Shown piece after piece: positions 1-9,593 of a stretch of 64,000 nt of DNA. The stretch comes from Candidatus Melainabacteria bacterium (GTDB lineage Bacteria; Actinomycetota; Actinomycetes; Mycobacteriales; Pseudonocardiaceae): positions 55,548 to 119,547 of the forward strand of contig CAVPCF010000184.1 of NCBI GenBank assembly GCA_963702275.1, in the 5' to 3' direction. A program made the position numbers and the translations under genes. The number at the start of each line of letters is the position of its first letter. The stretch's first letter is position 1. The notes below the pieces were generated by a model that worked only from the letters and a program-made list of their open reading frames with translations, had not been told where the DNA came from and searched no databases.

Positions 1-194
1 TCTTCGACGTGTGGCACCAGCCGCTCGGCACGAACGCGGTCACCTCGGCAGAAGGCGCGGTCACCAGCTACGTCAACGGCAGGCGCTACACCGGAAATCC
101 ACGCACCATCCCGCTCACCCAACACGCCGCGATCCAGCTCGACGTCGGCCTTGACGTGGCGCCGATCCCGTACACCTTCCCGGACGGAGACTGA
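1..194 (+). CDS. 3' end of a CDS truncated by the window edge (hypothetical protein)
   Basis: The frame of ORF 9..194 is open from the window start to TGA at 192-194. No motif recognised. Confidence 0.35.
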   Translation, partial: FDVWHQPLGTNAVTSAEGAVTSYVNGRRYTGNPRTIPLTQHAAIQLDVGLDVAPIPYTFPDGD

Positions 195-195
195 C

Positions 196-963
196 TCAGT
201 TCCAGTAGTTCCTGGCGATGTCGCGAATCTCGCCGGCCAGTTTCTGTTGGACCTGGACGAAGAACCGGTCGTTGCGCAGCACAGGGGTGCGGTTGCGCAG
301 GCCCGGCTTCTCGCGCCGGAACACCGAGAAGCAGTCGGTGAAGTCCGGGCCGCCCCACGGGATCAGTTCCTGGACAACGCACCGCAGCCCGGCAGCGCGA
401 CACAGTTCCCGCAACCGGTCCGCGGACACGCCAGGGTCGCGCCAGTGCCCGTTCGCGATGGTCAGTTCGCCGGTGTTCCTGTCGCGATACGCGCCGAGAT
501 TGGAATGGTGGAACGCGCCGGTGGCACCCGGCTTGAGCTTGCGCCCCAACTGGTCCAGATAGGCGGCGAGGACGCTCTCCTCTGCGTGGATCAGTGAGTC
601 CCAACTGAACGCGAAGTCGACCGACCCGTCGTCGACCATGGCCAGGGAGCGCCCGTCGTTGACGTGGTACTCGATGTGCGGCACGTCGGCGAACCGTGCC
701 CGGCACGCCTCGATGCACCGCTCGGTCAGGTCAACCACGGTCAGCCTGGTGCAGGACCGCAGCAGGTACTGCGTGACCCTGCCGAAACCGGGCGCGATCT
801 CCAGAACATGTCCAGCCGGCAGGAAACTGCCGATTCTGGGCAGAATCGCCCATGCCCACATGGCTTCGGTGCCGCCGTAGCCGACGGACCACTCGTCACC
901 CCCGGTCGACCAGTCATGGTTCGACCACTGCTCGCGGTTGTCCTGGACGCTTGGCATCCACAT
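196..963 (-). CDS. class I SAM-dependent methyltransferase
   Basis: Part of ORF 196..1317. Protein-like sequence starts at internal ATG (MWMPSVQ, 961-963). Contains the VLEIAPGFG motif-I-like segment. The upstream extension is Arg/Pro-rich junk. Confidence 0.8.
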   Translation of the reverse strand: MWMPSVQDNREQWSNHDWSTGGDEWSVGYGGTEAMWAWAILPRIGSFLPAGHVLEIAPGFGRVTQYLLRSCTRLTVVDLTERCIEACRARFADVPHIEYHVNDGRSLAMVDDGSVDFAFSWDSLIHAEESVLAAYLDQLGRKLKPGATGAFHHSNLGAYRDRNTGELTIANGHWRDPGVSADRLRELCRAAGLRCVVQELIPWGGPDFTDCFSVFRREKPGLRNRTPVLRNDRFFVQVQQKLAGEIRDIARNYWN

Positions 964-1084
964 ACCTTTGGCCGTGCGGGTCCACCGCACAAGGTATGGA
1001 CCACTCGAATCGCCGCTGGTCGGTGCGTTCTGTCCCACTGATGTGGAATCGTTCGGTTGTCGCGGGCGCCGAACGGGGGAGTAC

Positions 1085-2257
1085 ATGGTGGGGGAGCGGA
1101 CCGCACTACCGCGGGGGCGGGTGGCGACCTCCCTGCTGTTCCTCTTGTTCGGTACCGCCCTCGGCACGTGGACCAGCCGCATCCCCGCGGTCAAGGCCCG
1201 GCTCGGCCTGAGCGACGGCAGCCTGAGCATCGCCCTGTTGGCCTTCGCCCTCGGCGCGATCGTCGGCATGGTCGTGCTGGGGCGGCTGGTCGACCGGTTC
1301 GGCAGCACCTCGGTCATGGTGCCGATGGCGCTGGGCGAGGGCGTGCTGCTCGTGCCGGCGGCCTACGCGCCGAGTCTGGTCACGTTGGCGGTGGCCCTGT
1401 TCGTGTTCGGCGCGGTGCACGGCACGCTGAACATCGCGATGAACGCCAACGCGATCGAGGTACAGCGGGCCGTTGGCCGGCCGATCATGTCCTCGTTCCA
1501 CGCCGTCTACAGCATCGGCGGCTTCGTCGGCGCGGCCATCGGTGGCCTGTTCGCCCGCGCGGACCTCGGCGCGGGAGCCACGTTCCTCGCGGTCGGCGGC
1601 CTCGTCGTCGGGTTGGCGGGGTGGGCGGCGCGGTGGGCACTGCCGGCCGCCTGCCGTGTGCCCGCGCAGCCGCCTGAACCGGACCCGAGCTCCGACCCGC
1701 CTGCCCGCCGCTTCGACCTGCTGTTTCTGGGGATCCTGGCGATGTGCGCGCTGGTTGGTGAGGGCACCGCCGCTGACTGGAGTGCGGTGTACACGCACGA
1801 GAACCTGGGTGCCGCGGCCGGTTTCGCGGCGGTGCCGTTCGCCGCGTTCTCGATCATGATGACCGTTGGCCGGCTGCTCGGCGATCGCCTTGCCGCGGCG
1901 TTCGGGCCGGTGCTGCTGGTGCGTTGCTGTGGGGTGCTGGCCTCGGTCGGCATGACGGCCGCACTGTTGATCGGCCGGCCGATCGCGGCGGTGATCGGCT
2001 TCGGCTGCCTCGGCGCTGGCATGTCCTGCATCGCGCCGCAGGTCTACTCGGCCGCGGGCAACCGCGACCCGGCGCGGGCCGGGCGTGCGCTGTCGCAGGT
2101 GGTGAGCCTCGGTTATGCCGGCTTCGTCATCGGCCCGATCCTCATCGGCAGTGCCAGCACGGTCGTCGGCCTGCCGACGGCGTTGGCGATTCCGGCGCTG
2201 CTCGTCCTGTTCGTCGCGGCCGCCGCGTCGGCGCTGCGCCCGCCTGTCTCAAGGTGA
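1085..2257 (+). CDS. MFS transporter
   Basis: ORF 938..2257 trimmed to ATG 1085 (MVGERTALPRGR). About 12 hydrophobic segments with typical MFS loop composition. Confidence 0.85.
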   Translation: MVGERTALPRGRVATSLLFLLFGTALGTWTSRIPAVKARLGLSDGSLSIALLAFALGAIVGMVVLGRLVDRFGSTSVMVPMALGEGVLLVPAAYAPSLVTLAVALFVFGAVHGTLNIAMNANAIEVQRAVGRPIMSSFHAVYSIGGFVGAAIGGLFARADLGAGATFLAVGGLVVGLAGWAARWALPAACRVPAQPPEPDPSSDPPARRFDLLFLGILAMCALVGEGTAADWSAVYTHENLGAAAGFAAVPFAAFSIMMTVGRLLGDRLAAAFGPVLLVRCCGVLASVGMTAALLIGRPIAAVIGFGCLGAGMSCIAPQVYSAAGNRDPARAGRALSQVVSLGYAGFVIGPILIGSASTVVGLPTALAIPALLVLFVAAAASALRPPVSR

Positions 2258-2294
2258 GACATCCCGAGGGCCATCCGCTGCCTACGGTGAGAAG

Positions 2295-2876
2295 ATGGCG
2301 ACCACCACACGGCAACCCGGCACGGTCCGGCACCTGGACACCCCGGCTGCCAACGCACTCGCGGATCTCGCCTCGATGCTGGACGACCTGCGGACGGTCA
2401 TCTACTGCTGCGAACGCCTCGTCGCCGAACTCGGCTCGCCCGACCCGGTCGTGGTCGAATCGGTGTGGGTGACCGCCGTACGGTCCTACGGCCGCTGCTT
2501 CACCGACGCAGGCCGTGGCATGGCGCTCACCGAGGACGACGTCACCGGGACATCGCTGCAGGGCGAGGTACTCGAATGGCACCGGCTGCTGCGCAGGCTC
2601 GACGAGCACTACAGGTCGTATCCGCACGGCCAGTTGTCGGTGGGGGCGGCCGTGGACCCGGACGGCCACGCGACCGGGATCGCCATCACGTCGGTCGACC
2701 AGCCGCCACCGGACGACCGGACGGTCCGCCAGACCGGCGCCATGGCCTACGAGCTGAGCCAGCTGGTCGAGCGACGCATGGCCGACCAACAGGAGCGCGT
2801 ACTCACCGCAGCCAAGGCGCTGTCCACCACAGAACTGGCCCGCCTACCACTGATCGACATCGCCGGTACCGACTAG
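2295..2876 (+). CDS. hypothetical protein (193 aa)
   Basis: ORF 2115..2876 trimmed to ATG 2295 (MATTTRQPG). Composition is protein-like, but no family recognised. Confidence 0.55.
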   Translation: MATTTRQPGTVRHLDTPAANALADLASMLDDLRTVIYCCERLVAELGSPDPVVVESVWVTAVRSYGRCFTDAGRGMALTEDDVTGTSLQGEVLEWHRLLRRLDEHYRSYPHGQLSVGAAVDPDGHATGIAITSVDQPPPDDRTVRQTGAMAYELSQLVERRMADQQERVLTAAKALSTTELARLPLIDIAGTD

Positions 2877-2927
2877 CGTGGCCGACTGGTCGGCGGCGCA
2901 GAGCCGAGTGACGGTCTACCGTTTGCT

Positions 2928-4319
2928 ATGACGTACATGCATCTTGGCGCGGTCCGCCTGACCGAACTGTTGGCCGCGGGCGAGGTGTCCGCCGCCGAGT
3001 TGACCAGGCAGGCGCTCGCCGGGATCGAGGCCAGCCAGCCGACGCTCAACGCGTTCCGCGTGGTCCGCACCGCGGCAGCGGCGGCAGCGGCGGCCGACGC
3101 CGATCGCCGGCTGCGGGCCGGCGAGCGAACCCCGCTGCTGGGGGTGCCGGTGGCGATCAAGGACGACCAGGACCTGGCGGGCGAGCCGACCGCGTTCGGC
3201 TGTGTCGGCGTGTTTCCCCCTGCCCCCACCGATTCCGACGTGGTGGCGCTGCTGAAGGCGGCCGGCGCGATCATCGTCGGGAAGACCAACGCGCCGGAAC
3301 TGGGGCAGTGGCCATTCACCGAGGGCATCGCGTTCGGCGTGACCCGCAACCCGTGGCATCTGGACCACACGCCGGGTGGCTCGTCTGGCGGTTCGGCCGC
3401 CGCGGTCGCGGCCGGTGTCGTGCCGATCGCGGTCGGCTCGGACGGTGCCGGTTCGATCCGGATCCCGGCTGCCTGGACGCATCTGGTCGGGATCAAGCCG
3501 CAACGCGGTCGGATCGGCACCGAATCGGACATGTTCCACGGTGTCAGTACCTGCGGTCCGCTGGCCCGAACCACCGCGGACGCCGCGCTGCTGCTGGACG
3601 TGCTGGCCGGCCAGCGCCCTGACGCGCCGGACAGCTTCCTCGCCGCGGCAGGCCGCCCGCCGGGCCGGTTGCGGATCGCGTTGTCGGTCCGCCCGCCGTT
3701 CACCGGGTACCGGTCCCGGCTGGACCCACAGGTGCGGGCGGCGGTGGTGCGCCTGGCGCGGGTGCTGATGGAACTGGGTCACGACGTGGTCGTCGCGGAG
3801 CCGCGCTACGGACTGGTCGGCCTGAACTTCCTCGCCCGCTCAGCGGGCGGCCTGCACGAGTGGGCGGCGAAGGTGCCGGACGTCGGCCTGCTCGACCCGC
3901 GCACCCTGCGCAACATCGCCAACGGCCGCCGCTTCGCCCGGCACCTGCACCCGCTGACCAGGCCCACCGCGTTCTGGTCAGAACGCCAGGTCGGCCGGAT
4001 CTTCGACCGGGTGGACGTGGTGCTCGCACCGAGCACCGCGGTGCCGCCGCCCCCGGTCGGAGCCTGGTCGGGGCTGGACTCCGGGGCGCTGAACCGGGCG
4101 ATGGTGTCCGGCTGCCCGTACGGCTGGCCGTGGAACGCGCTGGGCTGGCCCGCGGTGAACGTGCCGGCCGGGATCACCGCAGACGGCCTGCCCGTCGGCG
4201 CCCAACTGCTGGGCACGGCGGGCACCGAATCCCAACTGATCTCCCTGGCGAGCCAACTGGAACAGCACCAACGCTGGTCCGACCGCCACCCGCCGGCACC
4301 GAGCGCGGTGCGGGGCTAG
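2928..4319 (+). CDS. amidase (amidase-signature family)
   Basis: 463-aa ORF with the GGSSGGSAAAVAAG signature and the KDxxD region (VAIKDDQD). Confidence 0.9.
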   Translation: MTYMHLGAVRLTELLAAGEVSAAELTRQALAGIEASQPTLNAFRVVRTAAAAAAAADADRRLRAGERTPLLGVPVAIKDDQDLAGEPTAFGCVGVFPPAPTDSDVVALLKAAGAIIVGKTNAPELGQWPFTEGIAFGVTRNPWHLDHTPGGSSGGSAAAVAAGVVPIAVGSDGAGSIRIPAAWTHLVGIKPQRGRIGTESDMFHGVSTCGPLARTTADAALLLDVLAGQRPDAPDSFLAAAGRPPGRLRIALSVRPPFTGYRSRLDPQVRAAVVRLARVLMELGHDVVVAEPRYGLVGLNFLARSAGGLHEWAAKVPDVGLLDPRTLRNIANGRRFARHLHPLTRPTAFWSERQVGRIFDRVDVVLAPSTAVPPPPVGAWSGLDSGALNRAMVSGCPYGWPWNALGWPAVNVPAGITADGLPVGAQLLGTAGTESQLISLASQLEQHQRWSDRHPPAPSAVRG

Positions 4320-6499
4320 GCGACCGACTGAGGTTGCACCGGGACGGGTTCGATCAGCTGCCGTGCCAACCGTTCGCCTTCGATGTCGGGGTCGGGTACC
4401 CGCCGGGCGAACCACCTCGGGTGGTACCACAGCTTGTCGCCGACGATGGCCATCACCGCCGGTACCAGGGTCAGCCGGACCAGGAACGCGTCGACGAACA
4501 CCCCGATCGCGAAACTGAAACCGATGCTCTTGATCGTCGGATCGTTCGCGGCCATGAAGGCGACGAAGATCGCCACCATGATCAGTGCGGCCGCGGTGAC
4601 CACCCGCACGGACTTGCCGGTGCCGCGCACGATCGCGCCGCGCGCGTCACCGGTTGCCGTGTAGTCCTCCTTGATCCGCGACACGAGGAACATCTCGTAG
4701 TCGCTGGACAGGCCGAAGACGATGGCCAGCAGGATGATCGGCAGGAAGCTGACGATCGAACCGGGCGTGATGCCGATCAGGTTCGCCCCCCAGCCCCACT
4801 GGAACACCGCCACCAACGCCCCGAAGGACGCGCAGACCGACAGCAGGAAGCCGATGATGGACTTGATCGGCACCAGGATCGTGCGGAACGCGAACGTGAG
4901 CAGGATGAACGCCAGCACGATCACGACGAGCAGGAAGATCGGCAGCACCGAGGCCAGCTTCGCCGAGACGTCGATGGCCGACGCCGTCAGGCCGCCGACC
5001 AGGATCCGCGCACCCGTGTTGCCGGCGATCGAGGCGCGGTTGTCCCGGATCCGGTGCGCCAGGTCGGCGGTTGCCGGATCGTTGGGACCGGTCTTCGGCA
5101 CGACGTCGAACACGGCGGTGTCGGCAGTCAGCGCGGCCTGGCTCGCGGTCGCGACATCGGGTAGCGCGGACAGCGCCGTCGTGATCGGCGCCGCCTGGCC
5201 CGGCGTGCCGACGCCTTCCGCGACGACGACGAGTACGCCATTGAATCCCGGTCCGAAATGGGTGGTGGTGAGATCGTAGGCGCGACGGTCGGTGTCCGAG
5301 GTCGGTTTGGACTCCGCACCCGGCAGGCCGAGATTCATCGACAACGCGGGCAGCGCCAGCACGCCGATCAGCAACAGCCCGCCGATCGCGACCGGAATCC
5401 GCCTGCGGACAACAAACCTGGCCCAGCGGGCACCGAAGGTTCGGTCGGGATCCCGCACGGCGACGAGCGCCCTGCGGGCCGCGCCGTTCGTGACGAATCT
5501 CGCCACCCGCCGACCCGTGATGCCGATCATCGCGGGTGTCAGCGTGAGGCTGATCAGCAACGCGATCAGCACCGATGCGGCGGCAGCCAGGCCCATCGTG
5601 GTGAGGAACGGAATGCCCGGAATGGCCAGCCCGCACAGCGCGACGATGACCGTGAGTGCGGCGAACACCACAGAACCGCCCGCGGTGCCGGCCGCGCGCG
5701 CCGCCGATTCCTCGACGCTCATGCCGGTGAGCAGATTCGAGCGATGTCGGGACACGATGAAAAGGCCGTAGTCGATACCGCAGGACAGGCCAAGCATCAG
5801 CGCCACCGCGGTCGACGACGACGCCACACTGAGCACCGCCGCGATCGCGGTCAGCGCCATCAGGGTGGTGATGACGCCGACAAGGGCCGTCACGATCGGC
5901 AGCAACGCGGCGCCGAAGGCACCGAAGGTGAGCAGCAGGATCAGGAACGCGATGATCATCCCGATGATCTCCGGCGTCTCCGAGACGGCCGGTGTCGGAC
6001 TCGGCGACACACTGCCGGAATACTCAACGGCAACGCCGGCCGCGCGAGCAGGAGCCGTCGCGGTGTCCAGCGCGCTGACGTTGCCGGACAACACATCCGA
6101 TGCCGGCACCGTGAACCGGACCTCGGCCAGCGCGACGTGTCCGTCCGGCGAGACCGACTTCGCCGTGAACGGCTCGCTCACCGCGGCGACCTGGCCGACG
6201 CGTTCGAGATTGTGCACCGCGGCTTCGACTCCTGCCGAATACGGTGCCGCCGCGATATTCGCCCCGGGTGTGGCGAATACCACCTGCGTCGACCCGCCGG
6301 ACAGTGCCGGCAGTTTGGCGGCGAGTACCTGTTCCGCGTGATCCGCCTCGGTGCCGGGAATGGTCAGGTTGTCATTGGTGTGACCGCCTGCCGCGGTCGA
6401 AATGACGATAACGGCGATCGCCACCACCAGCCAGGCCGCGAGCACCGCCCAACGTCTGCGCATACACCACTTGGCAAGGCGGTACAGATAGACGGACAT
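4316..6499 (-). CDS. MMPL family (RND superfamily) membrane transporter
   Basis: ORF 4316..6613 trimmed to ATG 6499 (MSVYLYRLAKWCMRRRW). Two blocks of transmembrane segments are separated by soluble loops, typical of MMPL. Divergent TetR gene next door. Confidence 0.9.
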   Translation of the reverse strand: MSVYLYRLAKWCMRRRWAVLAAWLVVAIAVIVISTAAGGHTNDNLTIPGTEADHAEQVLAAKLPALSGGSTQVVFATPGANIAAAPYSAGVEAAVHNLERVGQVAAVSEPFTAKSVSPDGHVALAEVRFTVPASDVLSGNVSALDTATAPARAAGVAVEYSGSVSPSPTPAVSETPEIIGMIIAFLILLLTFGAFGAALLPIVTALVGVITTLMALTAIAAVLSVASSSTAVALMLGLSCGIDYGLFIVSRHRSNLLTGMSVEESAARAAGTAGGSVVFAALTVIVALCGLAIPGIPFLTTMGLAAAASVLIALLISLTLTPAMIGITGRRVARFVTNGAARRALVAVRDPDRTFGARWARFVVRRRIPVAIGGLLLIGVLALPALSMNLGLPGAESKPTSDTDRRAYDLTTTHFGPGFNGVLVVVAEGVGTPGQAAPITTALSALPDVATASQAALTADTAVFDVVPKTGPNDPATADLAHRIRDNRASIAGNTGARILVGGLTASAIDVSAKLASVLPIFLLVVIVLAFILLTFAFRTILVPIKSIIGFLLSVCASFGALVAVFQWGWGANLIGITPGSIVSFLPIILLAIVFGLSSDYEMFLVSRIKEDYTATGDARGAIVRGTGKSVRVVTAAALIMVAIFVAFMAANDPTIKSIGFSFAIGVFVDAFLVRLTLVPAVMAIVGDKLWYHPRWFARRVPDPDIEGERLARQLIEPVPVQPQSVA

Positions 6500-6681
6500 G
6501 CGGGTCCTCCCAAGGCAGTGCCAGGAATTGGCGGCGGTATGCGCGCCAACCGCGATCCGCCGCCTGCCAGGACCGCCGAGTCGTCGCGGCCCCTCCGCCA
6601 CCGACCGTAGCACAAACTTGAGGATACCCTCCAGTAGGAGCGTGCCCTCCGATAGAGTGCCCCTCGTACTACTATGAGTGC

Positions 6682-7368
6682 ATGGCGACCGAGTCCGAGG
6701 TGTCCCCGACGCAGGGTCGTCCGCTGCGCCGGCACGCCCAGCGCAACCGGGACGCCGTCCTGGCCGCGGCGCGGCTGGCGTTCACCCGGCACGGCCTGCA
6801 CGTGCCGCTGGAGTGGATCGCCAAGGACGCCGACGTCGGCATCGGCACGCTCTACCGCAACTTCCCGACCCGCAACGACCTGATCGAGGCCGTCGTCGCG
6901 GAGAAGCTCGTGGAGTGGATGGCCACCGCGGAACGCGCGGTCGAGTTCGCCGATCCGTGGGACGGTCTGGTCTTCTACCTCGAAGAGGTGTGCCACCGCC
7001 AGGCCGAGGACCGTGGCTTCATCGACATCGTGTCGATGCGGTTCCCGGATCTCACCGGCCTCGAGACAGAGCTACGCCGCATCCAGGAACTGTCCGACCA
7101 GGTCGTCACCAGGGCCAGGGACGCGGGCCAACTGCGGGCCGACGTCACGACCGAGGACCTGGCCCTGATCCTGTGGGGACATTCCAGGGTCGTCGAAGTC
7201 GCCCAGCCGGTCCGGCCGGACGTCTGGCGCCGCTACCTCGGCCTGCTGCTCGACTCGTTGCGCCCGGCGAACGCGCACCCGTTGCCGGTCCCGGCCCTTC
7301 GGCCGATCGAGGTGGCGGAAGCCATGGCCCTACAGGGAAAGCCGACCCACTCGACGGGCGCGCACTAG
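6682..7368 (+). CDS. TetR/AcrR family transcriptional regulator
   Basis: N-terminal HTH (RNRDAVLAAARLAFTRHG...IGTLYRNFPTRNDL). Divergent from the MMPL gene. Confidence 0.9.
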   Translation: MATESEVSPTQGRPLRRHAQRNRDAVLAAARLAFTRHGLHVPLEWIAKDADVGIGTLYRNFPTRNDLIEAVVAEKLVEWMATAERAVEFADPWDGLVFYLEEVCHRQAEDRGFIDIVSMRFPDLTGLETELRRIQELSDQVVTRARDAGQLRADVTTEDLALILWGHSRVVEVAQPVRPDVWRRYLGLLLDSLRPANAHPLPVPALRPIEVAEAMALQGKPTHSTGAH

Positions 7369-7400
7369 CCGGGACCGGACCAAGCGGCCCGGTCCCGGCT
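7367..7400. terminator. GC-rich hairpin between convergent genes (candidate bidirectional terminator)
   Basis: Perfect 12-bp stem AGCCGGGACCGG/CCGGTCCCGGCT with a 10-nt loop, between the TetR stop (7368) and the ferredoxin stop (7408). No U-tract. Confidence 0.45.
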
Positions 7401-7407
7401 GGGCGGG

Positions 7408-7599
7408 TTATTCGACGATCTGGACAGCGCCGGACGGGCAGACGTTGGCCGCCTCGCGCGCGGCAGCGCTGTCGTCGCCGTCGGGCTTGACCTGGAGCAC
7501 CTGGACGAGGCCGTCGTCGCCCTGGTCGAAGACGCCGGGCGCGGTCAGCGCGCACAGGCCGGCCCCGATGCAGACGTTCCGATCGGCGGTCACTCGCAT
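7408..7599 (-). CDS. ferredoxin (small Fe-S, P450 redox partner type)
   Basis: 63 aa (MRVTADRNVCIGAGLCA...CPSGAVQIVE). AAGGAG RBS 5 nt upstream of ATG 7599. Lies 20 nt downstream of the P450 gene. Confidence 0.8.
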   Translation of the reverse strand: MRVTADRNVCIGAGLCALTAPGVFDQGDDGLVQVLQVKPDGDDSAAAREAANVCPSGAVQIVE

Positions 7600-7619
7600 G
7601 GCCACTCCTTTCGCCGCGG

Positions 7620-8840
7620 TCACCAGGTGACCGGGAGTTCGTTCACACCCTGGATCGTGGTGCCGGGGCGCAGTGTCAGTTGCTCGACCGGCACCGCGAT
7701 GTGCAGCGTCGGAATGCGGTCGAACAACGCCTTGATGATCACTTCCAGTTCGAGGCGGGCCAGGTTCTGGCCAAGACACTGGTGTACCCCATAGCCGAAC
7801 GCGATGTGGTGGCGGGCCGAGCGGTGCACGTCGAAGGCGTCCGGGTCCTGGAACACCGAGCTGTCGCGGTTGGCGATGGAGTTGGTGACGATCACGCCCT
7901 CACCGGCCCGGATGAGCTGCCCGTCGATCTCGATGTCGGCCATGGCGATGCGGCCGCCCGCGATGTCGGCGATGGCCAGGTAGCGCAACAGTTCCTCGAC
8001 CGCGCCGGGTATCAGGCCCGGGTCGGCGCGCAGCGCGGCGTGCTGGTCGGGGTGGGCCAGCAGGGTGATCACGCTCAGCGAGGTCATCGAGGCCGTCGTC
8101 TCGTGGCCCGCGACGAGCAACAGCAGCGCGGTCGAGATCAGCTCGTCGCGGTCGATCTCACCGTTGGCCAACTGCTCGCCGATCAGGTTGCTGAGCAGTC
8201 CCGGCCGCGGTTGCGCCTGCAGCCTGGTGATCAGGCCGTCCAGATAGTCCACCAGGTCGTCGCGTGCGGCCGCCGAATCCGCCGCCGTCGTCGACTGCAG
8301 CAGCCGCCTGCTCGCGTCCTGGAAGAGCTCGTGATCCGCGTACGGCACGCCGAGCAGCTGGCAGATCACCATGGACGGCACCGGCAGAGCGAACCTGCTA
8401 ACCAGGTCGACCGGCGGCCCGGCGGCCAGCATCTCGTCGATGAAGCCGTGCACGATCCGCTCGATGTCCGGGCGCATGCCCTGCACGCGCCTGACGGCGA
8501 AGTCGCTGATCAGCATCCGCCGCTTCGGGCCGTGCTCGGGCGGATCCATGCTGATGAACGACCGGCGGCTGCCCCGGATGCTCTGGAAGCGCGGCGAGGT
8601 GGCGGGAAAGTCTTCATTGGTCCGGTCCGCGGACAGCCGGGGGTCGGCCAGCAGCTTGCGGGCCGTCTCGTGCCTGGTCACCACCCAGGCGGGTCGGCCG
8701 TCGAAGAGAGTCACCCGCTGCAGTGCGTCCGGTTCGTCCCGCAGTCGGACGTATTCCTCGGGTAGCTGGTAGGGGCAGGTGCGGTCGTTCGGGAAGGCGG
8801 GGGCGCCTTCGGTCTGGGGCGTCGTAACTGTCTCGGTCAT
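7620..8840 (-). CDS. cytochrome P450
   Basis: Heme-binding loop FGYGVHQCLGQNLA, ExxR (EELLRY) and I-helix AGHETT. Start trimmed to ATG 8840 (MTETVTTPQ). Confidence 0.9.
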   Translation of the reverse strand: MTETVTTPQTEGAPAFPNDRTCPYQLPEEYVRLRDEPDALQRVTLFDGRPAWVVTRHETARKLLADPRLSADRTNEDFPATSPRFQSIRGSRRSFISMDPPEHGPKRRMLISDFAVRRVQGMRPDIERIVHGFIDEMLAAGPPVDLVSRFALPVPSMVICQLLGVPYADHELFQDASRRLLQSTTAADSAAARDDLVDYLDGLITRLQAQPRPGLLSNLIGEQLANGEIDRDELISTALLLLVAGHETTASMTSLSVITLLAHPDQHAALRADPGLIPGAVEELLRYLAIADIAGGRIAMADIEIDGQLIRAGEGVIVTNSIANRDSSVFQDPDAFDVHRSARHHIAFGYGVHQCLGQNLARLELEVIIKALFDRIPTLHIAVPVEQLTLRPGTTIQGVNELPVTW

Positions 8841-8897
8841 CGATCCCCTCGAATCCGTAACGTAAGGAACTGTTAGTTCTCTAATCGCCACGCTAGA

Positions 8898-9551
8898 GTG
8901 TGCCAACAGGGAACGCAACGAACTCTCAGTAAACTCTCAGGAGTCACGCTGTCACTGAACGTCGTTGACCACCGCAAAGGGCCTCGCCGCCGTGGCGAGG
9001 AACTGGAGCACGCCATCCTGACGGCGACGCTGGCCGAACTCACCGAGGTCGGCTACGCAGCGCTGACCATGGACCGGGTCGCCGCACGGGCCCGCACCAG
9101 CAAGGCCGCGCTGTACCGCCGCTGGTCCGGCCGCGCCGAACTGGTCATCGACGCGTGCTGCCTGTTGAGCAGCTCCGATGTCGACCTCCCCGACACCGGC
9201 GCGCTCCGCACCGACGTGATCGCCCTGCTGCGCGCCATGTCCGCGAAGATGGACAGCCCGCTTGGCGGCATCCTGCGCGGCCTGCTCGCCGAGATGACCC
9301 GCGACGCCGAGTTCGCTCGACTGGTCCGGGAACGCGTCTACACCGCGGGTCCCGCGAAGATCCACGTCATCCTGGCACGTGCCGTCGAGCGCGGCGAGGT
9401 CGAGCCATGGATCCTGGGCTCCCGGCGGGCCACGGTCGCGACCGACCTGCTGCGCAACGAGTTCCTGCTGTTCGGCGCCCCCGTAGACGACGCGATCATC
9501 GCGGACATCGTCGACGACGTGTACCTGCCACTGGTCCGGAAACCGGAATGA
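8898..9551 (+). CDS. TetR/AcrR family transcriptional regulator
   Basis: HTH region (ILTATLAELTEVGYAALTMDRVAARARTSKAALYRRW). Divergent from the P450 operon. The GTG start at 8898 is uncertain. Confidence 0.8.
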   Translation: MCQQGTQRTLSKLSGVTLSLNVVDHRKGPRRRGEELEHAILTATLAELTEVGYAALTMDRVAARARTSKAALYRRWSGRAELVIDACCLLSSSDVDLPDTGALRTDVIALLRAMSAKMDSPLGGILRGLLAEMTRDAEFARLVRERVYTAGPAKIHVILARAVERGEVEPWILGSRRATVATDLLRNEFLLFGAPVDDAIIADIVDDVYLPLVRKPE

Positions 9552-9577
9552 CGGCGGTGGCCGTAGCCACCGCCGTC
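9550..9577. terminator. hairpin between convergent genes (candidate bidirectional terminator)
   Basis: Perfect 12-bp stem GACGGCGGTGGC/GCCACCGCCGTC with a 4-nt loop, between the TetR stop (9551) and the glucanase stop (9594). Confidence 0.5.
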
Positions 9578-9593
9578 ACCCGTCACAGGTCGG

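Noticed and set aside
6500-6681. Possible TetR operators in the MMPL/TetR divergent region (CTCC-n4-GGAG) and in the P450/TetR region (TAAC-n10-GTTA, 8841-8897).
   Set aside because: Only 4-bp arms are complementary. That is too weak to call by eye.
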